A DNA stretch of 62,199 nucleotides, filler included, from Globobulimina sp. (GCA_003354225.1; 28 parts of 28 records of this genome joined end to end with filler, not necessarily neighbours in it); one strand, 5' to 3'; shown: positions 11,136-23,673, numbered from the whole stretch's first letter. The notes: a model not told the origin generated them from the letters alone. Numbers and translations: made by a program.

Positions 11136-12185
11136 TGTAATCCAACTGTATTATCCGTCACCTGTTGTCAGTGGATAGCATCAACATTTGCCTGCTGTTT
11201 ACAAACACCACAAACTGCCAACGGAAATGCACGCGACTCATTAAAAAAAGACAACCCTTTGGAAAGACTCATATCTGGGAAAATTAAACACAGTGTCCCT
11301 TCGCCACAGACATTTCCCGTGGACCAAATTCGTGCATCTACAGTCTCTCCAATATCTCCTTATTCTGTCAGCCCACAACATAACACTAATCCATATGATT
11401 TGGTGAGGCTCGAATCCGAATTCAACAGAACAAAAATAAAAATCACAAATGCCATTAAAAATCCATTTCTCAAATCACAATTTAGACATAATACATCTGA
11501 TTCTTTTTTATTAGTTTTAAATGGCAAACATACCATATTTGATTGTATACAAACTAGCAATCAAACAATAAATGAATTAAAAAGAAATAAATTATTATTT
11601 TTTCAATCAGAAAACTATCCAAATACAATCAATGTAATAAGACCTCATTTCATTGAATTTATTCACAAATTACAGAACATCGCAGCTGAATTATCTGTGG
11701 CATTTTACTCAAATGATATTGAACAAAAAAATCATGAACAAATACAAGAATTAGTATCAATTCTTGCGTTCATTGAAACTTATTATAATAATTTGTTTAA
11801 TCATCATCTAAAATCATTTGAATTTAATTTTGTATTTTTTCAAGATTGTGGGAAACCAAAACAATTTCAACATTTGAATGATTTGATTGGTTGTGATAGT
11901 TTGTTAAGGGTTTACAAGAAAATTATTGTTATTGATCATGTTGGAGTGTCATCGTGGTCATGTCAGCGGCTTAGTTATAGAAATGAGAAAATACGGAATT
12001 ACATCATTCCTATCCAACCGACATTATTTAAATTCGATTATAGTACAAGTTTAGAAAATTATTGTAACGATATTTATTTCCAAGTATTGGCTGCAAACAT
12101 TGACAGGTTTTGTTACAAAACGCCTATAGGTATTGACCTAAATAATTGGATTGGAGCAAGTGAATCGATGGAGGTAGAAATGTGA
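11136..12185 (+). CDS. Protein with a degenerate FCP1/NIF (HAD-like) domain; 5' partial
   Basis: LLVLNGKHTIF ... VIRPHFIEFIHKL ... VAFYS ... IIVIDH parallels the FCP1 motifs LVLDLDETL, RP..EFL and IIDD, but lacks DxDxT. Confidence 0.5.
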   Translation, partial: CNPTVLSVTCCQWIASTFACCLQTPQTANGNARDSLKKDNPLERLISGKIKHSVPSPQTFPVDQIRASTVSPISPYSVSPQHNTNPYDLVRLESEFNRTKIKITNAIKNPFLKSQFRHNTSDSFLLVLNGKHTIFDCIQTSNQTINELKRNKLLFFQSENYPNTINVIRPHFIEFIHKLQNIAAELSVAFYSNDIEQKNHEQIQELVSILAFIETYYNNLFNHHLKSFEFNFVFFQDCGKPKQFQHLNDLIGCDSLLRVYKKIIVIDHVGVSSWSCQRLSYRNEKIRNYIIPIQPTLFKFDYSTSLENYCNDIYFQVLAANIDRFCYKTPIGIDLNNWIGASESMEVEM

Positions 12186-12972
12186 CTTTCTTTCAAAAAC
12201 TACACAACAATTCATTTATATTCAATTATTATTCTTTTTGTGTTCATTATAGCAAACATGAAACAGTCGCATAGTTGTTGTTACTGCGATTATGTACATC
12301 ATAAGAATGCGAGTTTCTACGTATTTGCTTTCAGGTTTTCAATAACTTCAACACATCCACTCAAAAATACTTGGAAATGGTGATACTGGGAAATGGTTTT
12401 ATCGATATATTGATATTTTTTTTTTGTACTAAATAAATTCACTTTTAAATAGTACAAAAAATACCAATAATTAAACAAAATATCCCAATGGATAAATATT
12501 CCCGAATATTTGGAGATTTCGCCATCTCTTTACATGTAATATCAATGATACGATCGATGTCATTTGCAATCTCTAAAACAATTATATATTTTTGCAATTA
12601 TTGATTTAGCAGCTGCCCAATTCGTGTGAGAAGAAAACCGCAACGTACCATATATGTCCGAAGAAAACCGCTTTCATGTGATACCTATATGTCCGATATA
12701 GCACCAATATTTCCATTATAAAAAACGGTCTGAATCCTATAGTCAGCTTTCGGATTTTGCACTTATAAGAAATATTTAATCATGACATTATATAATTGAT
12801 TTTTTATTTCTTTATCATTCTGATGTTGCAATAATTGATAAAATGGAGAAACAAACAAATATAAACAGCACAGAGCTATCATATGATATGCAAGAATCAT
12901 TGTTTTTTGTTAATATGATTTGAAGAGAATTATAATGTTTTTAATGTTTAGCTGTTTTGATACAATCTAACC

Positions 12973-13261
12973 ATGTTAAACAGTGTCAAGTCCACATTTA
13001 CATTAAATGATGGCGTAAAGATCCCAGTGATAGGATATGGTTCTTATTTTGAAGCAATTGCAACATCAAACACTGTACACGACATCAAAGAGAAAGATTA
13101 CAAAACAATAAAATCATATTTAAAAACAGTCATAATCGAGAATGGCTACATTCATATCGATTCAGCAGAAAGTTACAAATCCGAGATTGCAATTGGTCGC
13201 GCAATAAAAGAATTAAATATCGATCGTACCAAATTATTCATCACCTCAAAGATATGGACAA
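12973..13261 (+). CDS. Aldo/keto reductase, N-terminal part
   Basis: TLNDGVKIPVIGYG, HIDSAESYKSE and LFITSKIW carry the catalytic D, Y and K. Confidence 0.9.
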
Positions 13262-13361
13262 NNNNNNNNNNNNNNNNNNNNNNNNNNNNNNNNNNNNNNN
13301 NNNNNTTAATTAATTAANNNNNNNNNNNNNNNNNNNNNNNNNNNNNNNNNNNNNNNNNNNN

Positions 13362-13416
13362 CACGCACGCACGCACACACACACGCGCACACACACACAC
13401 ACGCGCGCGCGCGCGC
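13362..13416. repeat. (CA)n/(CG)n microsatellite at the contig end
   Basis: cacgcacgcacgcacacac...gcgcgcgcgc. Confidence 0.9.
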
Positions 13417-14708
13417 AGTATCCATGTAGAGCTGTGCAGCGCCCCATGGCTGACATATGGCCGGCTATTTTGTGTCGAGACTATGGATGGCAATGAAGAC
13501 GCCGATTTGGATGCAATATTTCCATTTCGATGATTTTTTTTCTCCTCCTTTTCTTTGTCTTTATCCTTATCCTTATCCTTATCATTGTTTTTATTTTTAT
13601 TTTTGTTCTTGGTCTTGTCATCCTTTTTTTTCTTGCCGTTTAACAATGATTGACTTCTGCGGTGTGACTGTGACTGTGGCTGTGACTGTGGCTGTGTGTG
13701 GTTATTGTGGTTACTATGTCTGTGGTTATACGCATGTTGCAATTTGGAGGGAAAGGGTTTGCACAAATGGATGCCCATTTTGCTGATGCGACAACAGGCC
13801 AATATCTGTTCCGGTAATTGCTGGTTGCTGTGGCCCTCAATCACCAGTCCTATGTCATAGATGGCGGTCTGAATGGTGTCCTTCACGAAGGACAGTCCCT
13901 GGCGGGCCGTATAACCAAATACATGCACATCGATATCCGCGGCGAAATATTGGCACGGCTCATAATAAAATGTAGACGAAGTGCGTGCTAAAAATGGTTT
14001 GCCATTATACCTTTTCAGTAATCGGTTGGCTAAAAAACCAAAATCTGTATAGGATGGATTCATGACACGGGCGATCACTTTGAATCTATTTCGGATCTCA
14101 GAGTCGACCAAATCGGAATGAATGAAGTCGCGCAATAAGGTGACCGCCGGTCGCTGTGCTTCTTCTTGGAGCGTATTAATTTCTTCCTGTACTTGTGTGG
14201 TCAAATGGGCGTAGAGCACGAATTGAAAGCCTTCGCCATCCGATTTAGAGCCAATTACCTCCGGCGGATAATTTGGTATCATGCAATTTAAGATAAATAA
14301 CGGTGGTAAAATATGTTTGGTTTTCTGGTTAGAACAGGCATATTTGGCGATATATTTATCAATGTTTATGAAATCCCAGATTTTATGCATTTTGTTTGGT
14401 AATTTGTAGGCATCCATAGCAAATACGCTGTATAGGGCTTTTTTAGATGGTGATTTCTGTCCGGATCCGGGTTTGTAGTTTGGACCACGCCGTACATTGA
14501 ATGTCGTGGCATCGCAATTTGACCACGAAGCGGGTCGGCCAGTGGCCTCGATTTTGTTTTCATCCATGCTAAAATTCTCAATTTCGTGATGTTGTAACAT
14601 TCCTACTTCCAATAATTCTTTCAATTCATCATCGTCATTCTCATTCTCTTCTTTCTCATTCTCTTTTTTATCCTTATCGTGAGATATATGGCCGTTTGAT
14701 AAAGACAT
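13362..14708 (-). CDS. EDR2 C-terminal (DUF1336) domain protein; 3' end uncertain
   Basis: Motifs WS..DATTFNVRRGPNY, RFKVIARVMN, YNGKPFLAR, DIDVHVFGY and IEGH...LPEQILAC. Confidence 0.85.
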
Positions 14709-15324
14709 TCCAGTTCTTATCGCCTTTTTTTTTCAATTTTTTGCGAATTTGCGAGTTAGTTGAATGGTTTGCAAATTGCGTGTAAATACATACATGCAAC
14801 TTTCACCAAAACAAAGTGGCAACGAAGCGATGGTTTCAAGAAGTTAAAGATGTTTTGGAAATGAAAAAAACCCACCAAAAAACTATGAATGTTGGGTCAA
14901 TCCGACCACGTCCGTTGTAATGATATTTTGATGCTGGATTTGATTTGATTTGATTTCGTTATTTCGCATTGCTATTTTGTTGTTGCATCACTGAGTTTTT
15001 TTTATTCAATAAGTAAATATTTAAAATAAAAATAATTAAAAACAAATATTAAAGTTTGCACATTTTTCATTTTGGTTGCAATTATCTTATTTAATTTTAT
15101 TACCAATCAAATATTTATTATTTCTTTTCTATATATTCATATATTAATTTTGTTATTGATTTTGTTTTCCTGTGATTCTGTTCCTCTGTTTCTGTCGTTG
15201 TAAACATTTGTTTACTTATTTATACATCAAATATGTGCTTTTATGTATGGTGTAATAACCATATATTTTATAAATCCCTTGTGTGATTGTAATGGCGTGA
15301 GTCTTTGAATGTGTTTATTTAAAT

Positions 15325-15487
15325 TTATATATCAACGGCAGTTCCCCACAGGCCTAGTTCATCGAAAAAAAAAAAATGTCTGCCACTCACCGCATTGTAA
15401 CTCACTGTCACATTGACAGAGACAGGAGGTCGGATTGAACTGTTTTGGCGAAGAGCATGTCGGTGTGATTGGGCATTGGCAGTCACA
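15325..15487 (-). CDS. C-terminal fragment of a CXCXC-repeat cysteine-rich protein
   Basis: Translates from the contig edge as CDCQCPITPTCSSPKQFNPTSCLCQCDSELQC. A possible short intron is followed by GLWGTAVDI*. Not in the ORF track. Confidence 0.6.
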
Positions 15488-15587
15488 NNNNNNNNNNNNN
15501 NNNNNNNNNNNNNNNNNNNNNNNNNNNNNNNTTAATTAATTAANNNNNNNNNNNNNNNNNNNNNNNNNNNNNNNNNNNNNNNNNNNN

Positions 15588-17713
15588 CACATTATCTTCA
15601 ATATTTTTATCAATATTCACATTATTTCCGTTTCCAACCTCATTTGTTTGTGTTCCATTTAATTTCCTTTTTTTTCGAATATTCTCCATTTCGACATCAT
15701 TCGCATTGTTGTCATTATTTTCATCATTGTCCTCATCATCATCCTCATAAATGTCTTCATCGTCAGAAGCCGCAAAAAGATGATTTATTTTTCTTTTCCG
15801 ATTGAGTTTTTTCGATTTTTTGATTCGTTTATTTGAAGTAGACATTACCGACAACGAACGCGTATTTATTTGATCTTCAAGTTTCGACAATGTGTTGTTT
15901 TTATTATATAGCTTTGGTTTCAATTCCTTGGCAAACGACAACGACTGTTTTTTTTTTAATTCATAGCATTTCCTATGAACAATGGCCAAACGCTTACTAT
16001 TATTTTTATTCTCTTTCGAATTGGACGTACTCCCATCGGCATAACACGCATTCTTTAATATCCAGTCATCTTTCTGTGCATTGTACTCTTTATTTGTTTT
16101 CGCAAACTCCTCCTCGCAAATGGCACAGACCACAATCTGTGAGATTCCATTTAACAAAACTTGCGATTCGCGATATAAATCCGTATCATTTATATTTTTA
16201 TCTTTCTTCTCCTTCATATTCATAATTGGCTGAGACGGGGTTTGAATGCCTTGGAATGGATTGATTTCATCGTTTAATAACTTGTTATCGGCTAAATTGG
16301 TATCACTGCTCGTGATCCACGTCGCCGATTTCTTGTACCAATTCCTATACATTCCATATTGTTGCGATTTAAAGCCAGACTGCCTTTTTTTCATTAAAAT
16401 ATTATTCCGGCGATGAAAATGCCATTTCATATGTTTAGAAAAAGAATCCGCAGTGATCCGCAACGAACAATTGGGACAAATCTTTAATTTTTTGCTGTAT
16501 AATAATGAGATACTACGACCATGTTTTTTTTTTAATTCCTCCTTAGTACCAAAATAGGTGTAAAATGTCGCGATTTTCAAATCACTGCACTCGTCAATAA
16601 ACTTAATGTCTTTGTATTGATATCGGTTTTCAACTTTTTCCAACAGTTTGCGTCTGACTTCAGCCTCAAATCCAGTCACATGCAAATATTGACAGTTTGA
16701 GCCTGACCGACAGCCATCCACTGAATTAAAAAACTCGCAAATCGAGATATTATTACCATTCTTATGTTCGTTGTTATTGCCATGCGAGTCAATAAAGGGA
16801 CTTATTTTACTTAATTTATTCTGCCATAGCCATGTATTGCAACCTTGGTGTTTTAATTCCGTGCAAATAAAGTATAATTTCCTAGTTATATCCACCTGAT
16901 ATTCATTAAACTCATTGACACATTTATTGAATTCGGATATGATTTGTTGTGGACAGGTCCAATTTGCATTTTTTAATTGCGGAGTCTCTACAAATATGCC
17001 ATTGCGGTAAGAATACGGAGACTTAATAAAGCTTGAGATGGATGCTATCAACTCTGTGATCACAGACTCATATTCAATGGCTGATATATTATATTTCTGG
17101 CACATTGCTTGCCATTCATTCATTGGTTGCGAGTGTGAGTGTGGTGGTTGTTGTGGTGGTGGCGGATGGTAATATGGTGCTTGTTGTGGTGGTGGTTGAT
17201 AGTATGATGGTGGTGGCGGTGCAGAGTAGTATGAAGGAGGCGGTTGGCGCGGAGCATGGTAGTATGCAGTGGGAGGACGCTGTTGATTATAGGATTGGTT
17301 GTATGGCAATTGCTGATTATACATTGTGTGATTATTGTTGCTATCATTATTTTGATGGCTATTGTTGTTGGGTTTGGTGCCTGAACTACTTTTTATTGTG
17401 TTGTAGATGTTACGCAGGATTTCAATGGGAAAGATGTTGCGTGACTTCCAGATATTTAATATTTTACATAAAACTTTTCTGATTTGTTGATTTTAGTATG
17501 AAACTATGAGAGTATCAGTGCAAGGATGGGAGGAGGAGAGGATTGATGACATACCGTGTTTGCGATGAACCGTAGCGATAAGTTGTCTCAATTAATGGGA
17601 AAATGTGCTCTTCGAATAAAGGAACATATTTACCACCAACATTTTGGCATATTGAGTCTATTAAATATAAGCCAGCCAGTCTGTCATCAGCATTTTTATT
17701 GACAATAAAAGAT
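15588..17713 (-). CDS. PCF11: Pre-mRNA cleavage factor PCF11-like; both ends partial; intron 17479-17554
   Basis: CID motif LYLIDSICQNVGGKY...LF. C-terminal Zn region CPNCSLR...HMKWHF, RNWY...W and CAICEEEF...DWILKNA...IVHRKC. Confidence 0.85.
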
Positions 17714-18462
17714 NNNNNNNNNNNNNNNNNNNNNNNNNNNNNNNNNNNNNNNNNNNNTTAATTAATTAANNNNNNNNNNNNNNNNNNNNNNNNNNNNNNN
17801 NNNNNNNNNNNNNTTGGAATGTAGCGATTATTAAATGAGTCTGTTTAGAATTTGATTCAATGCAAATAGTTCGGGCATGTGCATGCAATATTTTTTATTT
17901 ATTTTGTTACACAACATACAGCGTTTGGCGTTTTAAAAGCGAGATTGGAAGCTATGTTTGATCCGAGCCACAATGCCGATGTTATAAAACTTCGGGTCAA
18001 TGCCGATTTGTTGAACACTGAATATTTTTGTTTTATTGACAGTTTGCAAATTAACATACAGACATACGTTTAGATTTAGACTGTTTTAAGCTGTATTTGT
18101 TTGCGGTTCTGAATAATCCGATAAAAAGATGAATTGATAAAAACCAAGCACTCGTATAGCTGGTTAGTACTGTATTAATTTATAGAATTAAAAAAAGTGA
18201 AAATTTAATTCGCAAATTAATTGGTGGATAAGTTTGCATATACATACATGAGCATGGCCAACGTTTAAGTGCATCAGATACTAAGTAACCTTGAGCGTCC
18301 CAAATTACCAAGCATACAAATGCTGCAATAAATCCTTTGAAATGCTGACATGTTGTCGGTTTCATGTAAATTAAATCATTTTTAAAAACTTTAGACAAGA
18401 AAACTTACCTCAACTTATTTAGCAACTGTCACTGATACAGACTCTAAACACATAAATTAAAT

Positions 18463-19701
18463 ATGACAACCTTAGAATCAGATGTACCATCTACAAAAAA
18501 AAGAAAAAGAGGAAGCATTATTTATAATAACAATAGAAACAATGATGAAACTCCAAACAAAAAACGTAAAACATCATGTGCTGTAACGCTCCATTCAATC
18601 GATGAAAAATGTGCAATGCAATCAAATACAAAGGGTAACAATAATAATAATATATTCATAACTAATATCTATAAATAAAACTATATAGTTTCAGGCACAA
18701 ACACCGTGCTAAAAAACGACAAAAAAAAAGCGACAAACTATCAGCTGCCATTACGACGAAGTCCAAGATTTAAAAATAAGCAAAACAACCACAACTGCAA
18801 CATTTCAAATAAATCAACATCTGCTCCTTTATCAAAATTAAAACCCAAACCCAATAATAAACAAAACAAACACAACAACAATGATTGGAGTGACATTTTA
18901 TCAGAGTCAATAAAAACAAAATACAATGCTGCAGCCACACCGTTTAAAAGCAGTTTGAAAGAGCGAAATAAGACATTTTCACGCATGAAAGAGTGGCGCA
19001 AAGTGAATTGGGGCACCGTAGAATGTAGAAAATATGAACAAAGATGCGGCATATTGTCATGTGGTGTGCCCAGTGTCTATGGTCCATCCTTACATTTAGG
19101 CAAATTAATATCGCAAACCACGGGCAATATCGATGAATATGGCCATACAAATACTAATTATTACTACCAATTGTCAACGAAAGAGAAAATAAAAAGAGTG
19201 AAACGATTTTGTTGCTCTGATGTCAATAAACAAAAATTAAAACAAGATATGAATGAAATTAAACTATTAAAAGAAAGCAGGATTGACATTGGATGTAAAT
19301 GTAAATCCATCTATAAAATGAAAAAAAATGAGTTGATTGACAGCATTTGGTGTTTGGATAAAACAATGGAGAAAAAAGCATTGCATCGGTTGAAGAAAGA
19401 AAATGTATTTAGTTTGTTAACCAAATTACAATTTGCAAAGTATGGAAGATATGATGTTTGCTGTATTGGTGAGGAATGTTACTGTTTTCAACAAGGAATT
19501 GAATGCCAAATTGATGACGATTGTTGCCAGTGTGGTGGCAATGTGATATATAATAACAATGAGGGGAAATTAAAAAGCGGCTATGAGAGAAGAAAGGATA
19601 AAATGGATTCGTTGGGAATAATTTATATGAGTTATTTATCATGGGCCTTTTTATACCGTACGGCTGTGGTTGACCTATGCCTTGGCTGCTGCGCACCCTA
19701 A
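18463..19701 (+). CDS. Cysteine/serine-rich nuclear protein (CSRNP/AXUD1)-like; intron 18635-18688
   Basis: KVNWGTVECRKY...GVPSVYGPSLHLG, LKESRIDIGCKC and CYCFQQGIECQID parallel the CSRNP blocks V.F..V...SVPSQGG.SLG, SREECGCDC and C.C...GIKCQVD. Confidence 0.65.
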
Positions 19702-19788
19702 GCCATATATCCCACAACCACGTAAAAAAGCCATCCCCGCCAACAAGTTGGCCTCATTTCCCATGATAAATAACTCATATAAATTATT
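19617..19788. repeat. 172-bp element bounded by perfect 29-bp inverted repeats (MITE-like)
   Basis: aataatttatatgagttatttatcatggg lies at 19617-19645 and its exact reverse complement at 19760-19788. Confidence 0.8.
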
Positions 19789-20264
19789 TTGAGGCCCTGA
19801 CGTTGCCCGACGCTGTACGCGACGCTCACTGGCTCCCTCGATGCATTGAAGGTGATGGTGTGACGCTGCTCGGACGAATGGATACTCGATGCTCGTGTAC
19901 ATGCTCGGACGAATGGATGCTCGATGCTCGATGGCTATNNNNNNNNNNNNNNNNNNNNNNNNNNNNNNNNNNNNNNNNNNNNTTAATTAATTAANNNNNN
20001 NNNNNNNNNNNNNNNNNNNNNNNNNNNNNNNNNNNNNNGTTGGAGTTAATGAACAATTTACTACACATGTTTTATTTTTACATGAATAGCCATTCACAAT
20101 ATAAAGGGCTGACGTTAAAAACGTCATCATCATAACCAAAACATGTGCCATTAGAAAAGTGCGGCGGCACGTACAAAAATTGAAAAATGGTAATAAATGA
20201 AAAATTAGAATTATCTAGAAAACAACACTGACAATATTAACAACACACATTGATTTCACAAGAT

Positions 20265-22163
20265 TTAACTATCCAAATAAATCATTATTTTATATCCTGT
20301 ATTCCCATTTTTATTATGTTTTATTTTCCATCCTTTTTGCTCAAGTTTATATTTTAAATTTATATCTAAACCATCAGGATCTGTAAATATGTTATAATTT
20401 GATGGTTTATTATTCTCCTCATTTATCTCTGTCACTTTGTAATCGTAATACAAAAACACAATTTTCTGAATTGAATTGTTTTTTTTCTCAATTTGTTTGA
20501 TTAAATTTCGCAACACTTTATCCGTAAACTTGTATTCATTTATAAAATGTATCTCTTTTACGTTTGGATAAACAGTCACAATCTCACCAAAACATATGCT
20601 CCATCTCTTTTCTTTTGTATTTATATCTTTGTCACCACTTTCTTCCATAAAAAATCTCTTCAAATGTTTAGATATTGAATCAAATTTAATTCGCTGTTTA
20701 ACGTTTGGTGCCAGCCGGAATTCATTAAATTTGTCCCATAATACTGCAGTAATTTTCTGTTTCCTATTTTCACCATCTGTCAAATTGATCATTTTGAATG
20801 TTTCAGATTTATTATGTGCCATTTTGCAAAGAGGACCACACATATTTGACATATCCCAATCAGCAAAGTGACCACATTGATTTTTATATTTTGCAATTTG
20901 CTGTACATTACAACATTGTTTGCGATTAACTTTCAAAAACTGAGCTTGTATTCTTTCCAAATGCTCACTCATTGAAAATATCTGTTCTTTAAATAGATGA
21001 ATCGCAAAAAATATCTGTCTCACCCACGACGACAACGGTATCGTCCTTGTTAAATTCTGAAATGATGCCAGATTGTCAATTAATTTTCGCGTTCGTACTT
21101 CCAGCAAACGAACATACATAAATCCAATTAACCACTCTTGTTCTTCGGGATAATCACTAATGACACTCGCATCAAATGCATTGCAATAATTCAACCGCGG
21201 GAAATGCGAAGTGATCTGCAATACCATTCCTTTGCCGGTGGCAAATGTTCTCGCCACGTGGTATGATGACGAGGTTGATAACGGACCGCTAAACGCAAAG
21301 GTTTGCGAGGGTTTAATTATCATTTTTGTATTGACGCCGTGATATAAAACTATATTATTGGTGCCGTTCAATTTGGTGCCAAATTTATTTAATACAATCA
21401 ACAATCCACCTGTCAATATATAAAAACATATTTGTTCGAATGAATCGAATGAATCAAATAATGAGTACATACCTCTCCAATGCCAGAAATTCCGCAGTCT
21501 ATGTTCTAAATCCTGCTTTGTTTTATCATCTTGTTTTTGTGCGGCAGCTTCACCATTTTTCCCATTCAAAATATCATTCACTGTCTCAAATCGGAAGCTC
21601 TTTTTCAAAACAAATTGCAATTTATCAAAATCTGTATATAATTTTAATGTGATTATTTCTTGCATTGTAATATCGATTCCTTGGTTCCATGTTTGTTTAT
21701 GTCCCGTTATTTGATCATCAAACAAGCCCTTATTTTGCGTTCGCACTTTTTGTCGCGCCCAACTTTCATAAAATATTTGCCCTTTTCTTAATGTCTGATT
21801 CCAATTATCTTTCGACAATGCTTCGTAATCATTTTGCAATGCTTCTCTGTATATTGGTTATTGCAAATGTAGAAATACTAATATTTTACCCATATACTAA
21901 ACTCTTTAATATTTTTAAATTTTGGTTTGTAATGTCCAATCTCTCTATTTTTCTCAGCTGCAAATCCGCTAAATATTAAATATCAAATTAATATCAGAAA
22001 GGATAACTTTTATACAACATACTGAGGATTCTGCCATCTAAAAACACCGCAACCTTCAACAAGAATGCGATATATTTCATCTTGAGATTGTTTTGCGTCT
22101 TCTCTTGGTGACACCTTACTACACCACAAATCACTCTGTTTTTTGCCAATATATACGTGTTTA
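20265..22163 (-). CDS. ADP-ribosyltransferase-fold (ARTC/R-S-E-like) protein; multi-exon, 5' partial
   Basis: LKLYTD helix, then LYHGV, GPLSTSSS..VA..FA...GMVLQI and SDYPEEQEWLI (ExE). An in-frame 63-nt intron lies at 21410-21472, with further exons upstream. Confidence 0.7.
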
Positions 22164-22263
22164 NNNNNNNNNNNNNNNNNNNNNNNNNNNNNNNNNNNNN
22201 NNNNNNNTTAATTAATTAANNNNNNNNNNNNNNNNNNNNNNNNNNNNNNNNNNNNNNNNNNNN

Positions 22264-23560
22264 TGCTTGGGAAGCGGATACGATTTGTAAATCTGTGTTA
22301 ACACGAAATAAAAGGATTTACAAGTTGATCAGAACCATGTTTAACAGTGAGATATTAGATACTTTGGACATTTTGAATAACAATCTTGCTCATTATGACG
22401 ACTCAGACATCAATTTATTGCCATTGGATGAAGGAAGAAAAACAATAATCCAACGAATGAAGAGCACGTTTCTGGAACACAAATATGAACATTTTTGGAA
22501 TAATTATGGACATATTTTACCCAAAGACTGTTGGGATATTATTATTAATCAATATGATGATGTCGAAGCATGTTTGCTGCCTTCAAAGACATTATTTTCT
22601 ACAAACAGTTATGGAATGAAATACGATTATAAACTTTATGCAAATATGTCAAATTTATCACAGATTATTGGCGTTCTAATTTTGATTTTAAATCCGTATT
22701 TTATGGATGATTATCGATTAATACTTTGTATTACTTTGTGGATAATATGTTTATTGCATATTGTTATTGGTTTAATGATTTATGAGACACATTTTAGTCA
22801 TAAATATATTGGAATGCTGCATCGGTGTAAGAGAGCAATGGGCAATGATGTCGATTATCGAGACATTGAATTATTTGAACCATTTCAAGAATGGTGCTGG
22901 ATGCCATTATCTTGGAATGTTTGCATTTATCATAAAACATATTCATTGTACAGAAAATATAAAATTATAAGTGCTAAATCCGCAAATGGTTTGTTATGGA
23001 AATACATAAATGTATCAATATATTTATTTTATTCAATCATGCATCAAATATCTGGTGATACAGATGGAAGTATGGTTTTTTATGAATGTTTATTTATTGT
23101 ATACACCGGATGTGTATTGCCAGTATATTTTATGTGGAATAATTGCATTTATTATAATCATTATTCGTGGTATAAAAATTGGTATTATTTTGTCAATGGT
23201 TTGTTTATTGGTGTTATATTATGCATTGTTATTATGGATAATTATCATGAAATGCCCTATTATTTTAAATATGTTATGTATTTACCATCAATTGTGTGTG
23301 CTATGCATTGTGTCATTATTCATGGATTCAAAGTTCTATCGTTTGGTATAATATGTATTTGGTACCTTTATGTGTTGATTATTTATACAGACAGTTGTGT
23401 TACCAATGATTATTTATATCATATTTTATTTGTTTCAAATGGATGGATACATTGTTTATTGCGATTATATGTTGCAATCATATTATTTGCTGATTTATAT
23501 TTTAAACACTTATGGAATTATCTCAAATGGATAATTGTAAATAAACAAATCCTATATTAG
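22264..23560 (+). CDS. Multi-pass membrane protein, hypothetical; 5' partial
   Basis: ORF of 421+ aa with several hydrophobic, aromatic-rich segments. Confidence 0.6.
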
Positions 23561-23673
23561 TGCCATTCTTGCGTTAACCTGTTAACGTTTGCAAATTGAT
23601 TGTGTGTGTTACAAAATTAAACGTTCAAAATAAAAACTAAAGATATTCTTGTCAGTAGCTGTAATAATTAATC

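Noticed and set aside
12630-12696. Imperfect direct repeat gaagaaaaccgc...tatatgtccga
   Set aside because: Only two degenerate copies, and no function can be supported.
17915-17960. AFGVLKAR resembling the Harbinger/PIF transposase motif
   Set aside because: It is an eight-residue match only, with no DDE context or TIRs.
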